Source: an uncultured delta proteobacterium
GTDB lineage: Bacteria > Desulfobacterota > Zymogenia > Zymogenales > Zymogenaceae
DNA length: 64,000 bases
Assembly (NCBI GenBank): GCA_963735595.1
Contig: CAVTLK010000002.1
Span: 608,001 to 672,000, forward strand
Direction of reading: 5' to 3'
Positions 59,040 through 64,000 of this stretch are shown here, one piece after another. A program made the translations under genes and the position numbers. The stretch's first letter is position 1. Each line of letters begins with the position of its first letter. Under the pieces are notes generated by a model. It did not search any database, was not told the origin of the DNA, and was given only the letters and a program-made list of their open reading frames with translations.

Positions 59040-60941
59040 TTACACCGCGTCCTTGAACTCCGCATCGACGACGTCGTCGTCGGGGCCTGCTTGAGCGCCG
59101 GCGGAAGGTCCCCGGCCGTGTGATCCCTGTCCCGGCTGCCCCTGGCTCGATGCATAGAGCCGCTCGGCCATCCTCTGGGTCGCGGCCTTGAGGGCCTCGA
59201 CCGACCGCTCGATTGCCGCCGTATCCTCGGCCTTGATTGCGGCCGCCGCCTCGTCAATGGTGTGCTGGACTTCGTCGATGTCGGCGGGGGTCAGCTTTTC
59301 GCGGTTCTCGGAGAGGGTCTTACCGGCCTGGTAGACGAGCATGTCCGCCTCGTTCCTGATCTCGACGGCCCGCTTCTTGGCCCGGTCTTCCTCTCCGTGG
59401 CTCTGGGCCTCGCGCACCATCCGCTCGACCTCGTCTTTGGCAAGGCCGGAGGAAGACGTAATGGTGATAGACTGCTGCTTTCCGGTTGCCATGTCCTTTG
59501 CCGATACGTTGACGATACCGTTTGCGTCGATATCGAACGTCACCTCGATCTGGGGAATGCCGCGGGGCGCCGGTGCGATGCCGGAAAGTTGGAAGTTGCC
59601 GAGGGTCCGGTTGTCCCGCGCCATCTCGCGCTCGCCCTGCAGCACGTGGACGTCCACGGCGGGCTGGCTATCTTCGGCCGTTGAAAAGATCTGGCTCTTC
59701 CTGGTTGGAATAGTCGCGTTACGCTCGATGAGCCGGGTCATAACCCCGCCAAGGGTCTCGATGCCGAGAGACAACGGCGTCACGTCCAATAACAGCACGT
59801 CCTTCACGTCGCCGGTAAGCACGGCGGCCTGGATGGCCGCGCCCATGCCCACGACCTCGTCGGGGTTGACGCCCCTGTTGGGCTCCTTGCCGAAGATCTT
59901 CTTTACTTCTTCCTGCACCCGCGGTATCCGCGTGGAGCCGCCCACAAGGACCACCTCGTCGATGTCGGAGGGCTTCATCCCCGCGTCGGCCAGCGCCTTT
60001 TTTACCGGTTCGATCGTTCGAAGGATGATGGGCTCCGCCAGGGCTTCGAACTTGGCCCTGGTGAGCTTTATGGTCATGTGCTTGGGCCCGCTGCTGTCGG
60101 CCGTAATGAAGGGAAGGTTGATTTCGGTCTCCATGGCCGACGAGAGCTCGATCTTTGCCTTTTCCGCCCCTTCCTTGAGCCGCTGGAGGGCCATCTTATC
60201 CTTTGAAAGGTCGATGCCCTGGTCGCGCTTGAACTCGCCGATCAGGTATCCGATGAGGACGTGGTCGATGTTGTCGCCGCCCAGGTGCGTGTCTCCGTTA
60301 GTGGACTTAACCTCGACCACGTTATCCCCGACCTCGAGGATGGATATATCAAACGTCCCGCCGCCGAAGTCGAAGACCGCGATCTTCTCGTCCTTCTTCT
60401 TTTCCATACCGTAGGCCAGCGCGGCGGCGGTCGGCTCGTTGATTATCCTCAGGACGTTGAGCCCTGCGATCGTGCCGGCGTCCTTGGTGGCCTGCCGCTG
60501 GCTGTCGTTAAAATAGGCGGGGACGGTGACAACCGCGTCCGTCACCTTCTGGCCCAGGTAGTCCTCGGCCGCCTTTTTGAGCTTCTTGAGCACGAGGGCC
60601 GAGATCTCGGGCGGGGCGTATTCGTGTGAATCTATTTTCACGCGCACGTCCCCGTTGGCCGACTTCGTGACCTTATAGGGGACCATCTTCATTTCTTCTG
60701 TTACCTCGTCGAGCCGCCTGCCCATAAACCGCTTGATCGAAGAGACGGTTCGCTCCGGGTTGGTGACGGCCTGCCGCTTGGCGGCCTGGCCCACGAGGAT
60801 CGTGTTGCCGTCGGCAAACGCGACCACCGACGGGGTTGTCCTGCCGCCTTCTTCATTTATTATAACCTTGGGCTCCGTTCCTTCCATTACCGAGACGACT
60901 GAGTTGGTGGTGCCCAGGTCTATTCCTATTGCCTTTGTCAT
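59040..60941 (-). CDS. dnaK: Molecular chaperone DnaK (Hsp70)
   Basis: [36 protein letters not shown] and DDDVVDAEF. Confidence 0.98.
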   Translation of the reverse strand: MTKAIGIDLGTTNSVVSVMEGTEPKVIINEEGGRTTPSVVAFADGNTILVGQAAKRQAVTNPERTVSSIKRFMGRRLDEVTEEMKMVPYKVTKSANGDVRVKIDSHEYAPPEISALVLKKLKKAAEDYLGQKVTDAVVTVPAYFNDSQRQATKDAGTIAGLNVLRIINEPTAAALAYGMEKKKDEKIAVFDFGGGTFDISILEVGDNVVEVKSTNGDTHLGGDNIDHVLIGYLIGEFKRDQGIDLSKDKMALQRLKEGAEKAKIELSSAMETEINLPFITADSSGPKHMTIKLTRAKFEALAEPIILRTIEPVKKALADAGMKPSDIDEVVLVGGSTRIPRVQEEVKKIFGKEPNRGVNPDEVVGMGAAIQAAVLTGDVKDVLLLDVTPLSLGIETLGGVMTRLIERNATIPTRKSQIFSTAEDSQPAVDVHVLQGEREMARDNRTLGNFQLSGIAPAPRGIPQIEVTFDIDANGIVNVSAKDMATGKQQSITITSSSGLAKDEVERMVREAQSHGEEDRAKKRAVEIRNEADMLVYQAGKTLSENREKLTPADIDEVQHTIDEAAAAIKAEDTAAIERSVEALKAATQRMAERLYASSQGQPGQGSHGRGPSAGAQAGPDDDVVDAEFKDAV

Positions 60942-60974
60942 GATAAATCACCTCTCTATTGATCTATGTAACTA

Positions 60975-61002
60975 ATATAGGCATGGTTTTTTTCAAGTCA
61001 AG
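60975..61002 (-). promoter_or_regulatory. Putative sigma32-type heat-shock promoter of dnaK
   Basis: Minus strand CTTGAC-15 nt-CCTATAT. Confidence 0.55.
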
Positions 61003-61024
61003 GAAAGCCAATGCATTTTTATTG

Positions 61025-61076
61025 TTGACAAAATAGATAGAAGTGCTATTCTTCGCTGTGAGTGAATGCTCATTCA
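61025..61076 (+). promoter_or_regulatory. Sigma70 promoter with a downstream palindromic operator (TetR/FadR-like)
   Basis: TTGACA-16 nt-(TGc)TATTCT, then TGAATG-CT-CATTCA at 61063-61076. Confidence 0.7.
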
Positions 61077-61127
61077 TTTAGAGTCTCCCGCTCTTATACG
61101 TAATCACAGCCAAAGGAGGAAGGGATT

Positions 61128-62999
61128 ATGGCAAATCTGTTGGTGGATATACGGGATCAGCAGTTCAATCTATATGAGATGCTTGACCTCGATGGACTGA
61201 CCAAATATCCGAAGTATGGCGACTATTCGAAGGACATGTTCAACATGGTCCTCTCAGAGGCGGAGAAGATGGCCGTCAACGTCATCTTCCCAACTAATGC
61301 CGAGGGCGACAAGGAAGGCTGCAGCTTCGCAAACGGGAAGGTGACCATCCCTAAATCATTCGCAGGCGCCTACCAGAAGTTCGTCGAGGGCGGCTGGATT
61401 ACCGTCTCCGATGATGTAGAGGTCGGCGGCCAGGGATTCCCGGAGCTGATCAACGCGGCGACAAAGGAGCTCTTCGGCGCCGCTAACTTCGCCTTCATCA
61501 TGTATCCCGGATTGAGCCACGGCGCCGCCAAGCTGATCGAGATCTACGGCTCCGAGCAGCAGAAGCGCATGTACATGGACAAGATGTACGCCGGCCAGTG
61601 GGGAGGCACCATGTGCCTTACCGAGCCGGGCGCGGGTTCGGACGTCGGCGCGCTCAAGACCGCTGCCAAGCCGATCGGCGACGGCAAGTTCAAGATCACC
61701 GGGACCAAGATATTCATCTCCGCCGGCGACCATGACCTGACCGAAAACATCGTGCACCCCGTCCTGGCCAGGATAGAGGGGGCGCCCGCGGGCACGAAGG
61801 GTATCTCTATCTTCGTCGTCCCCAAGTACCGCGTCAATGCAGACGGAAGCCTCGGCGCCTTTAACGACGTCAACACCGGGAACGTCGAGCACAAGATGGG
61901 AATCAAGGGCAACGCCACGTGTACCCTGAATTTCGGCGACAAGGACGACTGCATCGGCGAGCTCCTCGGAGACGAGGGGATGGGGATGCGCGTCATGTTC
62001 AACATGATGAACGAAGCGCGCCTCGGCGTCGGCCTGCAGGGTCTCGCCCACGCGACGGCCGCCTACCTGCACGCGGTGGATTACGCCAAGACCAGGCTCC
62101 AGGGATCTGACCTGGCCAACTTCCGCAATCCCGATGCGCCGCGCGTTTCCATCATCAACCATCCGGACATCCGCCGGATGCTCCTCTGGATGAAATCCCA
62201 GGTAGAGGGGCTGCGTGCCCTGATGTATTTCACCGCGTACGCCGTCGACATGGAGCACAGCGTCCAGGATCAGGTGGAGAAGGATAAGTGGCACGGCTAC
62301 CTTGAGCTCCTCACCCCGATCTGCAAGGCGTGGGGAAGCGACATCGGATTCCGCGTTACCGAATACGCCATTCAGGTCTACGGCGGATACGGGTTCACGT
62401 CGGAATACCCGGTCGAGCAGTTCATGCGTGACTGCAAGATCGCCTCGATCTACGAGGGAACCAACGGCATTCAGGCGATGGACCTGGTCGCCCGTAAACT
62501 GGGCCAGAACAAGGGGATGAATTTTATCAACTTTATCAGCCTCATGACCGAGACCTTCACCAAGCATAAGGTCGACGGCTCCCTCAAGGATGCCCTGGGC
62601 GAGTTCGAAAAAGCCAGAAACACCCTGGGCGAGATCGGCGGGTTCTTCGCACAGTGCGGGGCGTCGGGCAAATTCCTGGTTCCGATCGGCAACGCGTACC
62701 AGTTCTTGGAGTTGATGAGCACCGTTACGCTCGGCTTCTTCCTCCTGTGGCAGGGGGCTATAGCGGAAAAGAAGCTGGAAGCTATCAAGAAAGAGAAAAA
62801 CGTCAAGGACGACGACTGGGTGGCGGTTGCGGCCCTTTATAAAGACAGCAAGGACGCCGCGTTCTATCAGGGCAAGGTGGCCGCAGCCAAGTTCTACTGC
62901 GCCTACGTCCTGCCCCACGTCGAGTCGATGGCCAAGGCGATCAAGAAAGAAGACATGAGCATCATGGAAATCGCCGAAAGCGCCTTTGCGTCGGCCTAA
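61128..62999 (+). CDS. Acyl-CoA dehydrogenase
   Basis: GTMCLTEPGAGSDVG, GTKIFIS, EHKMGI, MNEARL, QVYGGYG and IYEGTNGIQA. Confidence 0.95.
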   Translation: MANLLVDIRDQQFNLYEMLDLDGLTKYPKYGDYSKDMFNMVLSEAEKMAVNVIFPTNAEGDKEGCSFANGKVTIPKSFAGAYQKFVEGGWITVSDDVEVGGQGFPELINAATKELFGAANFAFIMYPGLSHGAAKLIEIYGSEQQKRMYMDKMYAGQWGGTMCLTEPGAGSDVGALKTAAKPIGDGKFKITGTKIFISAGDHDLTENIVHPVLARIEGAPAGTKGISIFVVPKYRVNADGSLGAFNDVNTGNVEHKMGIKGNATCTLNFGDKDDCIGELLGDEGMGMRVMFNMMNEARLGVGLQGLAHATAAYLHAVDYAKTRLQGSDLANFRNPDAPRVSIINHPDIRRMLLWMKSQVEGLRALMYFTAYAVDMEHSVQDQVEKDKWHGYLELLTPICKAWGSDIGFRVTEYAIQVYGGYGFTSEYPVEQFMRDCKIASIYEGTNGIQAMDLVARKLGQNKGMNFINFISLMTETFTKHKVDGSLKDALGEFEKARNTLGEIGGFFAQCGASGKFLVPIGNAYQFLELMSTVTLGFFLLWQGAIAEKKLEAIKKEKNVKDDDWVAVAALYKDSKDAAFYQGKVAAAKFYCAYVLPHVESMAKAIKKEDMSIMEIAESAFASA

Positions 63000-63013
63000 G
63001 AGAAAGCCTGCTA

Positions 63014-63047
63014 AGGGGGGGCATCCGCCCCCCTTTTTTTATTTTTC
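63014..63047 (+). terminator. Intrinsic terminator
   Basis: GGGGGGC-ATCC-GCCCCCC followed by a T run. Confidence 0.85.
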
Positions 63048-63138
63048 AAACCCTTTACAGCAATAGACTATCCTGATACACTCTCCGGTAAAAAACCGGT
63101 GCCGCTTCTCCTGTATCCGAGGACTGGAAACTACCGTA

Positions 63139-63951
63139 ATGATCGACCTCCACAACCATACCCATTTCGGCGACGGTTCCGACCCGCCGTCCGTAATGGT
63201 CCGACAGGCCCGGGAAAAGGGGATGACGGTTTTCGGCCTTTCCGAGCACTTCCCGCGGCCCGAGGGTTATGATTACCCGATCGAGAGCTTCAACCACCGG
63301 ATGCTAGCGGGCCGCTGGTTCGACTATGCCTCTGAGGTGCAGCGTCTCAAGGCGGGCGGAGACAGAGACCTGACGCTTCTCTTCGGCGCCGAGATCGACT
63401 ATATCTCCGACAGGGAGGAGTGGATACGGGCGGAGGTGGCGGCGTTCAACTTTGACTATATCATCGGCAGTGTCCACATGATCGATACCTGGGGATTTGA
63501 CTACCTTCATGACGACTGGAACGGCAGGGACGTCGACGCCCTCTATACCCGGTACTATGAGATACTCGTGAGACTGGTGCGGTCGGGGATCGCCGATTTC
63601 ATCGGTCACCTCGATCTCATCAAGGTCTTCAAGCACACCCATCCTCCCGGGCGCGATCACCGTGACGAGGCGATCGGGGTGCTCGGGGAGGTGGCCCGGG
63701 CGGGTACCTTTATCGAGATCAACACGGGGGCGCTCAGAAAGCCCTGTAAGGAGCTTTCGCCTGCGCCCGACCTGATCCGTGAGGCGGTACGTCTGAAGAT
63801 CCCGTTTACCCTGGGGTCGGACGCCCACCGCAAAGGGGACATTGGCCATCATTTGCCCGAGGTCGTCGCCATGTTGAAGGATCTTGGTGTCCGTGAGGTC
63901 GCCTATTTTCAAAACAGAAGCCCCCGGTTTATCGCCCTTTCGGACCTGTAG
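63139..63951 (+). CDS. Histidinol-phosphatase, HisJ/HisK PHP family
   Basis: DLHNHT, SEH, GAEIDY, GSVH, GHLDLIK, EINTG and GSDAH. Confidence 0.88.
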   Translation: MIDLHNHTHFGDGSDPPSVMVRQAREKGMTVFGLSEHFPRPEGYDYPIESFNHRMLAGRWFDYASEVQRLKAGGDRDLTLLFGAEIDYISDREEWIRAEVAAFNFDYIIGSVHMIDTWGFDYLHDDWNGRDVDALYTRYYEILVRLVRSGIADFIGHLDLIKVFKHTHPPGRDHRDEAIGVLGEVARAGTFIEINTGALRKPCKELSPAPDLIREAVRLKIPFTLGSDAHRKGDIGHHLPEVVAMLKDLGVREVAYFQNRSPRFIALSDL

Positions 63952-64000
63952 GATACAAACGAGACGGGAGCCTGATCACCTGAGCGTAAAACTTCCGATG

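Noticed and set aside
59341..62918. Long antisense ORFs over dnaK and the acyl-CoA dehydrogenase (also 13553-14953 and 19803-21368)
   Set aside because: These are shadow ORFs from GC-rich codon bias, with no protein motifs, opposite well-supported genes.

Overview
GC-rich bacterial chromosomal window with an anaerobe-type gene content. A deltaproteobacterial/Desulfobacterota-like origin is inferred but not provable here. From left to right it contains: an AT-rich surface-glycan locus (NAD-dependent epimerase, UbiA-family phosphoribosyltransferase, large membrane protein); a CoA-disulfide reductase-rhodanese fusion; tRNA-His divergent from hisZ and two tandem short hisG-like genes; cydAB; a divergent LysA-like decarboxylase beside a D-aminoacylase; a single-chain Type IIG/ISP-like restriction-modification gene; fatty-acid/CoA enzymes; two Hsp20 genes and a J-domain gene; cell-envelope genes; an orphan ImmA/IrrE protease; a cobalamin uptake locus with two cobalamin riboswitches; ddl; two stand-alone V4R proteins; an AT-rich two-gene islet (YaaC family plus a Cys-His-Asp protein); an adenylate cyclase; nth; a solitary dnaK; an acyl-CoA dehydrogenase; and a HisJ-family phosphatase. 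Intergenic spaces carry at least four families of short palindromic (REP-like) repeats arranged in mosaics. Many conserved genes between about 7 and 42 kb (and one at 55 kb) are broken by small indels. These are most likely long-read consensus errors, so coordinates of those genes are approximate. No CRISPR array, rRNA, integrase or intact transposase was seen.
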